A DNA stretch of 64,000 bases from Podarcis vaucheri (lineage: Eukaryota): assembly GCA_965113315.1 (NCBI GenBank), contig OZ220367.1, one strand, 5' to 3'. A program made the position numbers and the translations under genes. Each line of letters begins with the position of its first letter. Positions within the stretch are counted from its first letter, which is position 1. The notes below the pieces were generated by a model that was given only the letters and a program-made list of their open reading frames with translations, ran no database searches and was not told the DNA's origin. Of the stretch, positions 1 through 13,695 are shown piece by piece.

Positions 1-142
1 CAGGCTTCCTCAACCTCGACCCTCCGGATGTTTTTGGCTTACAACTCCCATGATTCCTAGCTAGCAGGACCAGTGGTCAGGGATGCTGGGAATTGTAGTT
101 TCAACTTGTAGTCTCAAAACATCTGGAGGTTGAGGAAGCCTG
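1..142. mobile_element. Palindromic non-autonomous hAT-type MITE (~140 bp)
   Basis: Termini CAGGCTTCCTCAACCT ... AGGTTGAGGAAGCCTG are inverted repeats; same family as 49884-50010 and related to 1357-1492; the left TSD lies outside the window. Confidence 0.85.
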
Positions 143-1097
143 CCTTATACCTTGCTGCCTGGAAGAGAGCTGTTCCTTCAACAGCGAATCAGCTCAGGCT
201 AGGAGGCTCCATTGCTTCATGGCTCTCGGTCAGCCCGTCCCCCTCCTCCCAAATATACTCATCTACTAGTGATAACTCTGAAGATCCTGCCTGACTCTCC
301 ATATTCTCTGTTCCTGTGGTCCCAGGGGAGAGATTTGGGTTTTTTTTGGGGGGGGTGTATGTGTGTCTGTGTACCAGCAGGAACTCAGGCAACTGAAGTG
401 GGCAGTGGTGGCTGGTAACATTTTGACTTAGCAGGGCTGACATTTTTAACCATGCTGTTTTCATCATAAGATGACTTGTATGGCACTTATTTAGGAAAGT
501 GTGGCATTATACTTGTGCAGAGTGATATTGTCTCGTCCTCTAAAAAACAAAACAAAACTCTGCACATCTATGATCAGGGAAAGAGTTTCCATGTAAGAGG
601 GCCCAAGTACAATTTTCAGAAAAGAATGACTCCATATCGCCTGTGTAGAAATTAAGCCTATATTCTATATAAGATGACATAAAGTTTTGAGTACATGAAT
701 ACAAGTTCTTTGCCAAAAAACTAAAAATGTGATGGAAATTTGCTTCCAGTTTCATGCAGGCCCACCCCCACAAAAAATCAGTTTAACTATTCATTATCCA
801 AAAGACTCTTTTCTCTAAATTAAAAGAAGTATCTTCTTGACTGACCTGTCCTCCTTTAATTCTGCAAAGAGTTAACTATGCTATTGCCCGTTACAACTCA
901 GTATGACATTGAACTCCATATATTTATTGTGCAGGTTTTTAAAAATAAAAATACTGCCTTAAAAGTTATGAAGCAATTATTTCCTTTTGTAGTTCCTGTT
1001 CATGTTTTGAGATAATTTCTCTAAGTTTACATTTCTTAGTGTTCACAGTCTGATATCATTGATCATGCAGCTTCCTATACCAAAAGGTTCAAATATT

Positions 1098-1210
1098 TTG
1101 CTCAGTGGTAGAGCACATGCATGAAAATTCTTGCTATAAAGGATTTTCAGTAACTGGGCAGGAAACCACCCCTGCCAGAATTCCTGTGATTAATTTGAGT
1201 CAGTGTTGAC
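1098..1210 (+). mobile_element. Degenerate tRNA-derived SINE (Squam2-like) fragment
   Basis: A-box-like GCTCAGTGGTAGAGCA followed by a decayed body ending ...GTCAGTGTTGAC, resembling the reverse complement of 40675-40860. Confidence 0.45.
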
Positions 1211-1356
1211 TGGGAGTATAATCTTTTGTCCTGCTATTCACACCTGAGCTCCACCCTGGAATTTGCGATGTAATAGCATGTATGCATTTATGAATTAATG
1301 AATGAATATGTACATATATAAAGCTTTTGCCGAATGCTTTTCGTATGCCACTATGT

Positions 1357-1492
1357 CAGGGTTTCCCAAACTTGGGTCTCCAGCTGTTTTTGGACTACAA
1401 TTCCCACCATCCTTGACCACTGGTCCTACTAGCTAGGGATGATGGGAGTTGTAGCCCAAAAACAGCTGGAGACCCAAGTTTGAGAAACCCTG
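1357..1492. mobile_element. hAT (Charlie/Buster-type) MITE, 136 bp
   Basis: Long inverted termini CAGGGTTTCCCAAACTTGGGTCTCCAGCTGTTTTTGG / CCAAAAACAGCTGGAGACCCAAGTTTGAGAAACCCTG; perfect 8-bp TSD CACTATGT at 1349-1356 and 1493-1500. Confidence 0.92.
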
Positions 1493-1559
1493 CACTATGT
1501 CATCACTATTTTCACATATCTCGGAATAGCAAACCAGGGCTTCCTTCTTTTGACAGTTG

Positions 1560-1790
1560 GAGCAATGCAGTAGAGAAAAGTATAACCTATGAGCCAGGAA
1601 TCCTTCAAGCACAAATGTTACCTCAGCCATGGACTCACTAGCTAGCCCAAGGAAAGTCAGCGTCTTCTAGCTTCAACCATCATCTGCGACATGAGAATAA
1701 TGCTACTGGCCCACTGTACTTTAATGGTTACTGAGATGATGTATGTGAAGCACTATGAATGCTAACAAAAAGTGCTATGTAAATGCAGAA
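1560..1790 (+). mobile_element. Old MIR/CORE-like SINE relic
   Basis: Decayed core (CATCTGCGACATGAGAATAAT) and L2-like tail (GATGTATGTGAAGCACTATG...AAGTGCTATGTAAATGC). Confidence 0.5.
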
Positions 1791-3667
1791 TAGTAGTAGT
1801 AGCAGCAATAAAAGTGTTCCAGGTCAGAGGGAGCGATTCCTGGGCTTGACCTGAACAACTTGCCCTTCTATTTTTGGAAACTAAGCACGGACCATTCACA
1901 TTCTGATGGTCTGCGTTTTTGTTAGCAGCCATTGTTATATAGCTATGACATTCTTGTAGAGTTTCCTTCCCCTTCAACTGCTGATATGTCCTCTAGACCC
2001 GAGTTCTGCCTCAGCAACCTTTCCTTGGTTTTCTTTGTCTGGGAACATCTGTTCAGATGGGGAAACAATGACCTTTTGCCTTGGCTGAGGCAAAGAGCTA
2101 CCCTAGCAGGCACTAAGAAGATTAAAGGAAGGCTGCACTGATAGCTTTCATGCTGCTCCAGTGGTTCTCAGCAGTGAGAGGAGAGAATACAAATGGGCAA
2201 AAGGGCTGTAGGCAAGCAGAAGAAAGAAGCTGGTAATCTCCTCCATCCTTGTCACTTCACTTTTATTCCCAGTTTATTTCAGGTCTATTTCAAAAATAAA
2301 GGGGAATGCAACTGATTTCAAGCATGCCCCTTAAGGAAGAACTAAGCATTATGTTACATATGGGGATGCTGTTAAAATGAGTTTGATTCTTGCCCTTTAA
2401 CATCCAGTACAACTTACTCTGAATCCTGATGCAGTAACTTAACATGTTTCACCACCTCTGCCAGTGGCAGCCAGTTAGGTAAAGAAACACCCAGCATCAT
2501 GTCAAGACGGGGGAAAGTGAGATAGATGCTACCAGGTTGGAAGGAGACTCAACCTAGGGCTGCCATTTTTAGTGGCAGCATCACCCTCCTTATAAGTTTT
2601 AGTTCCCCCTTTAGCTTTATGTCCTCTTTCAGATGCTGCTGCTGAATGACCCTGGAATATTTCTGCAAATGCACACTCTTTAATTCTGTATGGATTAATC
2701 TGGTATAAACATCACTCACTAATTATATTCTTCACGGATTGCTCAGAATGAATTGTTCATCTTATGTTGTCCTACTGTATGGAAGCCCTGTTTGGGCTGG
2801 TTTTCAAGGCAGAGGATTAAGCTGGCCATTTCATGTTGGTTAAATTTTATTATGCCAATTCCTGTATGATCTGTGTTCCTCAACAGGCAGCCTATGGGCA
2901 CATCAGGCTCACCAACTGACCCATCAAGTAGATTGCAGTCATACCTTTTTCTTTTGCTAATGCTGGTTGCACCTTAAAGAATGCCACTCCCATAGGTTCT
3001 TTCCTGAGCCCTTAGATCAGCTGGCTGTGTTCCATGTTTTAATTCAGGAATCCCCTATATTGAATAAAGTGACTTACTCTCAGATTGCCCCTAGAGAACT
3101 AAATCTGTTTCTAAAACATAATAATAAATTCAGGCACTTTGGAGAATTTGTTTATTTATTGCCTTCTTGGTTCCATGGCCCATTATTCACATAGGTGAGG
3201 AGTGTGAGAGTGTGGGGCTCGGCCTTCTCTATCATGTCACCAACATTATGGTGAGGTGTGTCAGGTTTCCTCTCTGTTGATTCTATGTCACCAGGTGAAA
3301 ACTTAGCTTTTCCAGAATACTTTTTCTGAGGTCTATTTTAATGTTATAAACACTTGCATTGTTGGTTAACTATGGGATTCTTAGTTGGCTGTTTTTATTG
3401 TGGGGTGTATATTTTTAGCTTTGCAGTAAGCAGCTACAAGTGCTGTGTTAAATAGAAGAGAATGCAGCAAAGAAGTATTTGAATATATAAGTAAGCAGGA
3501 AGTGATGCAACCAGGAATGGCTGCACTAGCAGCCATTGGAAGCAACATAAGCATGTGACTGGCGATAGGATCCTGGGGTTGGGTGGACTGGCAAGCCTCA
3601 TAACACTGCCATATATTGTCTGTGCAGCTGCTACAAGTCTGATGTGCATTAACTAGGCAGGCAGGAT

Positions 3668-3881
3668 CAGTGCACTGGTGGAGGAGGGGGGCGGGGGGAG
3701 CACACCACCCCCAGCAATGCAATCCCGGTGGGGTGCCATCGCGGCTGCCCCCCCCGCACTGAGCGCCATGCCCCGCAGGGGGCGCACCCCCAGGACATAA
3801 GCCACGCCCCCGGGACGCACGCCAGCCACGCCCCCGCCTGCTCTCCACTCCCCGGTGCCGGAGCATGAAGCTCCACCACTG
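3668..3881. mobile_element. GC-rich non-autonomous DNA transposon-like insert
   Basis: Abrupt GC/CpG-rich 214-bp block in an AT-rich intron, bounded by CAGTG...CACTG inverted ends; no clear TSD. Confidence 0.55.
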
Positions 3882-6041
3882 GATTAGTGAAACACACATA
3901 CTAAGAAATCAGCTCTGGTTCGTATACAATGACTAGTACATGCATGCCTTAGGATAGATCAGAACCAAGTCTTAAAGCCACGGCAATTGCTTGATAAAGC
4001 CATTTCAAACAGGAAAAGGAAAATAGGTTAACCAACTAATGCTGGGATCTGTGGGAAGGAAGAATGTTGACCCAAGCACAGTTTTAAAAGCACTTGGTAA
4101 TGAGACTGACTCAAATATTTAAATATATAACTAAGCCGTTCCTCATCCTCCCAGATGCATGTCCCCCCATGAAACTAGAAATAGGTGGTACCTTACTCCT
4201 AAGCCATGTGTCACTACTAATCTGCCAGAATGCCAAAAACCATTTCCCTGCTTCCATCCCTCCATCACAGGCAATAGTAAAACAGCAAAATTATTTCTCT
4301 TAGCAAACAATTAGAAGTGATTAAATGCAATGAGAAATAAAATGACAGATTTATTCTGGGGGAAAGGAGAAATAGGAAGGAGTGAAAAATAAATGTTATG
4401 ATAATGCTGAACTCTGTAGGCTGATAATGACATTGCTCTTCTAGGATGGAATTGCCTCCTACTCCAACCAGCAGCATCATTACATATCTTGGCCCTACGA
4501 TCAGTACCCGTCACAACCCTTCATATTGACAAATGCCCTGTCCACTTGCATCTGTGGAGAATGTTTTAGCAGCTGAGTGATTATGAATCAAAACCCAGAG
4601 CTTCCAGCCCTTACTGCTTCCCTCTGCTTTCCCATTTGTCTCCTGACAAGTAAATGTATCTTGACTTTCCTCTGAGATTTTTTCTTTTTTTTCACAATGT
4701 TTGATGAAAGACATTTGGCAAATTGGCAGTGGAACCCTGTACATTGCAATTTGTAGTGAGCATTAGAAGTCTGAGCATGGAATGGAAGAGCAGGCTACGG
4801 GCGAAAAGGAGAGAAAAATACCAGCGCTAAGCAGAATATGAATAGTCATTTCAAGGAAATGAGCAGGCATTTATTTTGGACTAAAAAGAGAAAGTGCAAA
4901 CCAAATTACTATATTTATATTGTATCTTAGTATGAAAAATGTAAGCCAAATAAGTCTTCTTCCGTATATATTTCTCTGAATGATGAGTAACACTGAGCCT
5001 GATGGAGCCACTTTTGTGTAAGTAAGTGCAAGGTAAGCAAGAAGAAAATCAGTTCACAGATTCCCGGGCTCATGAACTAAACCTTATTTACTATATTGGG
5101 TTTTCTGCAAAATTGTCATAATTAGGATTGGTGGGGGGGAGTAGGCTTACCCTAAGGCAATTCTGTAATTATTCAGGACAAAGGGTGTGATTCTACGAAC
5201 TTCTTTCAATCTGAGTAATAATATTAGTTGTCAGTTCAGTGTTGAAATGAGAAAATTATTAAGGCTATTATACATTAACCTTGAAGATACAGAGTAATTT
5301 GAACACTTCATTATTTGCAACAGCATCCTGTACTTTTCCTTCAAGCAGAGGCTGCAGGTGTAAGCCTTTCCTGAAGAACCTTTGCTTCACCTTCTAGGCA
5401 TGCATCTCTTCTACTCATTGTAAATGCCTGTATCTCCACTGCTACCTTATTCTTAGGGGCACACAGTACTATTGCACAAGTTGGACTGTGTTCAGTGGAA
5501 CTTACCCCAAAGTAAGTGCAGTTAGGATAGGAGCCTTGGTTGCTTATGCTTTTGTGAAGCATGTAGCACCGAGTTGACACTTTGGCTACTACTAATACTT
5601 CTGCAACTATTTCACATTCTTATGTCTGGATTCATACTGTTTTTATTTGCGTATTTTTGTATTAAAAAAAAGTCTGGAATAGCTTCATTAGGTGTGATCT
5701 TCCAGTCACACATAAAACTCTTATCAGGGTGCAGCACTAGAGATAAGGACTGGTTCAGGTATACAGGTTCGTCACTTGATTACTCCTGATTACTGTACAC
5801 ATGATAATTGGCAGCTGAATGTGTGAACTAACACCACTGAAAAGCATTGCTTTGCAGGTGATAAAAATGGTATTTCATTTCCCTGTCTCTGGAACACTGA
5901 CCTAACTAAATGTGATTGACATCTTGCTGAATTTTGTTCTGATGGGGCAAAAAGAAGCAGGCAGCATAACTGGGTGGATATACCTTATTTACTCTACATA
6001 GCTCTGTATCCAGAACCATATATATGTACCATTCCGTAGCT

Positions 6042-6340
6042 CAGGGGTCAGCAAAAATTTTGTGGCTTGGGCTGGTTCACGGTCCCGCAGATGCCACGGT
6101 GGGCCGAAGTGCGTGCACACAAGCATGCGCAAACGCTATTTACGGCGCTCCTTCTGGTGCTGGGGAGGCGTGCGCAGCTTCCCATTGGCTGTAGGAGCTT
6201 CTTGCAGCCAATGGGTAGCCAGCCAGCGTCGTGGAAGGTGATCCCTGCTCTGCTCTGCACGGCGCACGGGGGCCGACTGAGCGGGTGGCGGGGGTCCATG
6301 GGCCGCTTGTGGCCCATGGCCTTTAGGTTGCCGACCCCTG
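6042..6340. mobile_element. hAT (Charlie-type) MITE, ~300 bp
   Basis: TIRs CAGGGGTCAGCAA / TTGCCGACCCCTG; degenerate 8-bp TSD CCGTAGCT/GCATAGCT; subterminal sequence shared in opposite orientation with 50824-51089. Confidence 0.85.
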
Positions 6341-7171
6341 GCATAGCTCCTTAACACACAGAGAGAGGCATCCTGGAAATTACTCAGGACCACTGCCTGG
6401 CCTGTCCCAAGCCTGCCTGCCTGTGGGGAGCTAGTGTGCCTGTGGGGAGCTAGTGTGAGGGCCAAGAAGGGTGCCAAGCAGAACTGGTGACGGGATGGGG
6501 GTGCAGACACATGGCTGGGAGAAGGTGCCTCCCACCCTGTCCTAATGGTTGATCGAAGGCAAACCTTCCCTCACTCGGGCAACTTCCAGGCAGCAGCAGC
6601 AGCAGCGAGCAAGGGAAGGCCTATTTATTTATTTATTATTTAATTGTGACCCAGATGCACGTAAGTGGGAGGGTGCCTGCAGAGGATGGATGGATTTATT
6701 ATGATTACAGACTATTAAACAGGAAAATATTATCTTTTGTGGCATTATACAAACCTATCTACACACATAGAGTAACAACAGTAAAGCCTTGAATTAGTCC
6801 AAGGTGGAGGCTCAGCGCTAATTTTCATGGAGCAAGATGGCCACTAGAAAATTGGATGACAGGCTAGAAACATAAACTGATTTATGTGTAACTGCTTTTT
6901 TCTTTTGTGAATTATACTGTAAATCAGTAAGAAGGTTGTGTTACCTCTAACAAAGCTGTAGTATCTCAGAAATGTAGTATCAGTTAAACTGGCTTGAGAC
7001 CAGTTTATGTTGGTAATATTTCCTTATCAGCATATAATAACAAGGTGGAATAAATATTGTGTCATTGAAATAGCAACAACTTTTATTGTTTCTTCTAGTT
7101 AAAAAAGAAAAGCAGAGTTTTCAATAGTACACTTTTTAAAATGGAGCTCTTTGTTGACCAGATTGTGCTAA

Positions 7172-7393
<222 letters not shown>

Positions 7394-8813
7394 TAAACTC
7401 TCCAAGCTAATTACCCACAACAGCCTCTCTTAATATCTCTCTTCTCTTGCAAGCCGCTGCTGTTTATTTTAGAAATTACTCAAGATTGGATGATGAATAG
7501 GGATTATGGTGGGTCACTGGCATTTTAAAAGGTTCTTTATTCAGCAAGACATGGTCATAGTGTTTGATTCTGTGTTTGTTTGCAATTACAGGAGAAATTT
7601 GTCCTGCATTACCTTGCGCTTGATAAATGAGGCCAAAACATTACATACGCTGCCTTGTTCCAAAATTTCCTCATCACCTTTATATTAATACACGATCTTT
7701 TCCTTCATAATTTTTTTTATTATCATGAACTGCAAGACTGTTTTTCACTTGGTCTTTCCTTTGATAATGCCAGAAGGGAAATTCCACAAGATCTGTGAAT
7801 GATTAGATGTGTTAAAAAAACTGAGTCGTCACTGCAAATATTTGGCTCAAATCAACGTTGTCCTAAAGAAATCAATGGAAGTTTTGTCTCAGAGTTTGGA
7901 TCCATCTTATAGACATCTGTAGCCTTTCAGGTCCTAAGTGGCAGACCAGTTGTTAGACTCAGAGAGAGCTTTTCTGTTGACCTCAGAATTTAATGAATTT
8001 CACACATCATTATGGTGCAAATGTGAATTGGAAAATTTGTTACAATTTAAATAGTGAATGTTCTGGATAATGCCCTTGACCAGTAACAGAGTTAATACGC
8101 ACCCATGTCTGAAATAATATTGAGTCTTGTTGTTAATTTATTTTAGTAGGTTGAAGGATAAATGATTATGCACTCCTGTCACTTTTAAAAGGGGGGGGGG
8201 GAGTGCACACATACCTCTCTCAACAATGCCCCAACATCCCAGATATTTTCTTATTCTCTCCCCACCCTCCAAAGAATGAAATTGACTAGACTAAAAGCTA
8301 TTTCTGATCTGGCATAGTCAATTTTACCACTTTCTTTATTTGCGTGGGACTAGGTTTCTGTATGGAATTTTTAAAACAGACCTATTCCTTTACAATACTC
8401 TAGCCCTTCATTATGTTTAGACAGTTGTGAAGGAATTGATACTGAGCCAAGCCTACCTTCATGGTAGCTCCATTCAGAAAAGTTTGGAAGTATTCCCTTA
8501 TGATCGCCATCTGTGTACTCCAGAGGCAACAGCAATCCCATGTAAATGTCATGAAATAGACATGGAATCTGCTGATTTAGACAAAACCACTGTATCACAA
8601 GTTTGCATTTATCTGAACAATGTTGCTTTTGACAAGCTCTGTTGTCTTCTACTCTGCTGGTATCATTATATTAGATCATTAGATCCCAAATAAAGGCCCA
8701 AGCCATTTGCACAAGCTCTGCATTTATTAATGCTGGTTGTGCATTCACAGTGCTTGCTTGATGGATGATGCAACTGGCACTCTACAGGTATTTTATATAA
8801 TAATAGAATAAGC

Positions 8814-8952
8814 CATAGAGTTATAGAGTTGGAACAGACCACGAGGGTTATCTAGTCCAACCCTCTGCAATGCAGGAATCTTTTTCCCAACATGGGGCTT
8901 GAACCCCTGACCCTCAGATTAAGAGTCTCATGCTCTACTGTCTGAACTATCC
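8814..8952 (-). mobile_element. tRNA-Lys(CTT)-derived SINE with CR1-type 3' tail
   Basis: Reverse strand reads GGATAGTTCAGACAGTAGAGCATGAGACTCTTAATCTGAGGGTCAGGGGTTCAAGCCCCATGTTGGG (tRNA-Lys-like), then ATTCCTGCATTGCAGAGGGTTGGACTAGAT...TTCCAACTCTAT (CR1 tail). Confidence 0.8.
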
Positions 8953-10124
8953 ATCATGAGCCATCTTTGGCTTTGTTTGAAAACCCCAATGCTGTGGCTG
9001 TTTGGTAGCATATAAATGAAAATAAAGGTTTTTCATATTCCCAAGCATAAGCTAATTCATGTAGTATTCCAGAGCTGGTCCCACCATGCAGCACAGTGAA
9101 CTAGCCGGCTTCAGATGGCACAGGGCTGCACTAGGAGTGTAGATGAAGGCAGGGATTTTTGTTTGAATGTTGCAGCTAGACTCTTTAGGTGTTGGTCCTT
9201 GTGGAGAAGGGGCACCATCTGGGCTTCAGTTCATGCAGCAACATATATTGGGCTGGCACTGTAGTATTCTTTTTCATGGTCAAGTCCTCACAATGTGGTT
9301 TTAACCATGTCTCCTTCATGTGCCGCATGTTCCATTCACGCCCCCTCTAGTCGCAGCAAATATCAGCTATCTTCATGTAGAGCAGGAATGGGCAACTCTG
9401 GCATGCCAGATGTTGTCAGATTCCGAGTCCAGCCCTAGTCAATATGGACAGTGGGCAGGAATACACCATCTGAATTTGACAGGACGAAATAATCTCATAA
9501 TGGCTTTACTTGGTCAACAAGTGATGTTCAAATTGATCTATGATCATCTAGAAATGTCATTTAGGATTTATATTTTGGATGCATATTTTCAGGGAAATGT
9601 TCCTGATTTGGCAGAATAACCTGATGGTGCCATTTCAGTTTTCTATTTATTTTTTTAGCTTGGTATTTATGACCCTATCTCATTTTCAGAATGTAAGTTT
9701 ATGTTTGATAACTGTCATATCAGTTTATCTGATCTTTCTGAAAACATGTCAGCTACTTTCAAGTCACACTATTACAGAAGCATACCTTGATGGATTAGGT
9801 CTCTTGAATTGTGTCTGATCTGATCTTTCACAGATGGAATGATGCCACGTTTACTGACACATTGAATATGCTGAACAATTTAAAACCTCTTTCCATCAAG
9901 CCAAGATTCTAAACCTTGGATAAAAGAGTTCCCGTCCCCCATAAGCATTTAGCTGGGGAAGTGACAAAGTTAATAAGTGTAGTATGTCGGGATGAACATT
10001 CAAATGAAAGTCTGCTCTCATAGATTGCTGAGGGTTGCACTGGAAAATTCAGACATCACCACCTTAATCCATAAGGTTTTGATTCAATATATTTATTGAA
10101 GCTACTTTCAGAAATATTTAAATA

Positions 10125-10353
10125 CCGTGCTACCTTGAGTTACAAATGCCTCAGGTTACAAACGCTTCAGGTTACAGACTCTGCTAACCTGGAAGAGTTA
10201 TCTCGAGTTGAGAACTTTGCCCCAGGATGAGAAAGGAAATCGTGTGCGGCAGCAAGAGGCCCCATTAGTGAAAGCATGCCTCTAGTTAAGAATAGTTTCA
10301 GGTTAAGAACAAACCTCCAGAACGAATTAAGTTCATAACTACCGGTACCACTC
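10125..10353. mobile_element. Tc1/mariner (Tigger-like) MITE
   Basis: Degenerate CAGTGGTACC-type TIRs flanked by TA; internal CAGGTTACA/GTTAAGAAC repeats; same family as 59959-60184. Confidence 0.8.
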
Positions 10354-10441
10354 TACACCAAAGAAGCAGTTCCATCCAGTATTGGTTTGAAGTTAGGACT
10401 ATGCATTTTATTTCTTTATGTATCTTAAAGCAAAACATTAA

Positions 10442-10576
<135 letters not shown>

Positions 10577-11236
10577 TAGCCACAGACTCTTATTGGCTGT
10601 TTGGGCTCCATACTGGAGCCTTTGACCTCCAAAGAGTTTTCATTATTAAAAATGAAATGAGGTTTTAGAATGTGCTATGTAAAACACAGTTGACAGTACT
10701 TTCTAGTAAATGTGTGGGGAAACCTGGTCCAAGTGCTTCAACACAACCCCAATGGGATGCTCACAAAACCCTTCAGAGGCAAAAGACACCCAGGAACTTG
10801 AGAGTTAATAACCATAGTGCTGAGCATACATAGTTTTGATTAATGCAGGTGCCTTCAAAAGTGGATGAATGAAGCATTCCTGATAATGTGAATGACACAT
10901 ACTGGTCCTTCTGGTTTTGGAGTTGCAGATGCACAACTCACCTGGAGCGGGGAGAGAGGGCCACACTAGGTGTGACCTTATACACATCTTTGTATGTGTT
11001 ATGTGTAACATTATGTGTCTTTAAACCAACATGCATATTTTTTTAAAAATGCAAATCACATCCAATGGGATGGGTGGGATGGGAGGTTAATATTAATCAG
11101 AATCATAGCAGTCTTGGTAGGGGATTTTCATCTGATGCAAACAGACACCTCTGAGAAGACATTTTAATCTGGACCATAGTAAGAAGGAAAATATTAAGTT
11201 CTTCCTTTACAGCTGTCCTTAAATGTGTCGTCGTCT

Positions 11237-11600
11237 TCATTCATTCATTCATTCATTCATTCATTTCTATACCACCCTTCATCCAAAGATCACAGGGTGA
11301 TTTACAATATAAAAACACAAGAATACATACTGTAGTAACAAACAAAAACAGTAACACCCCCAAATAGTTTAAAATACCATAAATTGTTTTATCAGCCAAA
11401 GGCCTGGGAGAAGAGGAATGTTTTCGCCTGGCCCCTTTGTTACATATCTTTAGCCTCCCTGGGAAGAGCATTCCACAAGTGGGGAGCCATTCTTGTATTG
11501 CCACCCTCTGGACCTCTCACAGAGGAAGCACACTAAGAAGGGCCTCAGATGATGATCACAGGATCTGAGTCAGTTCAAATGGCTGGGAATCCTGGAAGAT
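11237..11600 (-). mobile_element. L2 LINE 3' end with (ATTC)n tail
   Basis: (CATT)n microsatellite then TTTCTATACCACCCTTCATCC...CTCCCTGGGAAGAGCATTCCACAAG, typical of an inverted squamate L2 3' end. Confidence 0.7.
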
Positions 11601-13614
11601 CAGCTTCCTGCCTTGCAGGCCTTTTTCCACCTGGCCTGGGGAGGGTAGTGCCCTGACTGATTCCAGTTACATAGATACCATCTATATAAAGGCCAAACTG
11701 TTGTGGCATGAACAGCAGCATTCTCTTTCAGGAATGCCTGAATGGAAACAATTTTAACTGAGCTTTGGTGGGCCTACCAATTCTGGTAAAAAAATAATTG
11801 ACAATCACTTTAATCAAAAATGGAGTTCTAAAAACATGATTTTCTTACTTTGCATCAAATTTGATTTCAGTATTTGTTCATTCACCCTGCAAAAGTGTTG
11901 TTTTATTTCATTTATTTAAGATGTACATTTAATTCCCACAAGCATTTTCTGTCCTATTATTCTCTTCACAAGCATACATACTAATCTCCATGTCCTTGGT
12001 GCTTTTAACCCACTTCCTCATCGGTAACTTTCATTGATCTCTGTAGGCCCTAACTGGGAGAGCCTTTAGGAAATCTGGCCCATGAGAGCAATTCACATAT
12101 TGAAATAAGAAAAGAATTTTAATTGTACAAAATGGAATGTTCACTTAATGAAATCAATTGAAGAAACTCGGCTCATGTTCTAACAAAACAAGCACAAATC
12201 GGTACATTTTACGCCTTGCAAAGAAAGGAGAAAAAGCTCATTGTTTGGGATAGATTTTTCACTCAGTCCTGAATTTACTTGGGAAGTAGGTTGCATGTAA
12301 TTTAATTCTTGTTTTAAGAGGTATCTTGAAACATGTTATGCTCTTCCACTGCATAACAGCCAGAAACAATTAGCAATGTAATGCATAATTTCTTCCCTGA
12401 ATAATTGACTTAGCACACAATGTAACAGACATGTTTTGAAGTTCAGGAGAAATAGACGATTGTGGGGGGCAGTGGGGAGACGACGATGGTGATGAAGACT
12501 GTTGGCCAGCTGCCAGGAAGAGAATTTGGAATAGTTATAGTATGTCTTAGTAATGGCTGAAAGGGCAATACAGTAAAGACTTCAGGGACTTCAAATCACT
12601 ACAGAGTATGAAAATTGATGCCTCTGGTACCAGAGCGATAGACTAAACTACTTGCGTTGGCACAGTATTAAAGATTTGGATTGTTTATTTCTGCGTTTGG
12701 GAAGATAACTGAATTTCCTCCAGGATTAGCAATTGAGCAAGCTAATTCCTCAATAAAAGATTTTATCACACAGTGTAATTTTTAACAGGGAGGGAAGTAG
12801 TCTTTCTACCTTATTTGAGCCTTAGAAGTAATTTGTTTCATGTTTTCGCTCTTCTCAAAGTGCTTAATTGTACGGTATTGGCAACAGCATGAAACAATAG
12901 GCTGGTGCTTCTCTGCTTTTCACACCATATATGCTTTACTGCAATACTTTAACAGGCTATCATAAATTATGTTCTGTTAACTCTGAAATACTGAGATATT
13001 TCCTGTAACTATACCTTAACATTAATTTGCATGTGCCAAAATATATGTGTGAGTACATGGGTGGTGAGGAAGGGGGGGAGAGAGAGATAGGAGACAGGAT
13101 GTGCAGTTGACTTGTGCTTCCTGCTCCCTAGATTTCTCTGCCTTGTTCAAAATCAATCCTGCATGTCTTCCTTAGTGGAGACATATGCAAGCTTTGTGTG
13201 GGAAAGATGCACAAGACCAATTTCAGACAAGATAGGGAAGCATAAGAAACAAAAAGTGCAACAAGTCAGTTGTGCATGCTGTTCTCCCTTATCATTATCA
13301 CAACCTAACAAGCTCCCAAAAATTCACACTGGCCACAAATCCCTTCTGTTTTACAGTATTAATAATATGGAATTTTTCCTGATACCAGAAACCAAACTTG
13401 GATTTTCAGAGCAAAATCTATACCACTTATTCGGATAAATTTGTAATGAGATTACTGTGCCCTTTCTGAATAGGGAACAAGGGGGATGGCTTGAAGCATA
13501 GAAACCATTGCTTTACTGGCAAGTTAGATCCAAATAAAAGGCATAAAAATATTGAAAATACAGTCTTTCAAGCAGCATTTTGTGATATTTACTGTTTGGA
13601 AGATATTCTAGATA

Positions 13615-13695
13615 CATTCCTGCATTGCAGGTTGTTGGACTACATGACTCTTGGGGCACCTTCCAACGCTACTGTTACCCTATGATTCTATGATT
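13615..13695 (+). mobile_element. CR1-type 3' tail fragment
   Basis: ATTCCTGCATTGCAGG..TTGGACTACATGAC..CCTTCCAAC..CTATGATTCTATGATT terminal octamer-like repeats. Confidence 0.7.

Noticed and set aside
3381-3899. 172-aa minus-strand ORF
   Set aside because: Open mainly because it crosses a GC-rich insert; no protein motif.
4978-5003. Box C/D snoRNA (TGATGA...CTGA)
   Set aside because: The boxes are too close together and there is no terminal stem.
6419-6456. 19-bp tandem duplication GCCTGTGGGGAGCTAGTGT x2
   Set aside because: Simple local duplication with no evidence of function.
8885-8952. tRNA-Lys gene on the minus strand
   Set aside because: Degenerate arms and an attached CR1 tail; SINE.
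13226-13234. GACAAGATA, the EVI1 N-terminal finger core site, as an autoregulatory element
   Set aside because: One 9-mer match in 64 kb on two strands is about chance expectation; GAAGATGAG at 19321 is simply EDE codons.
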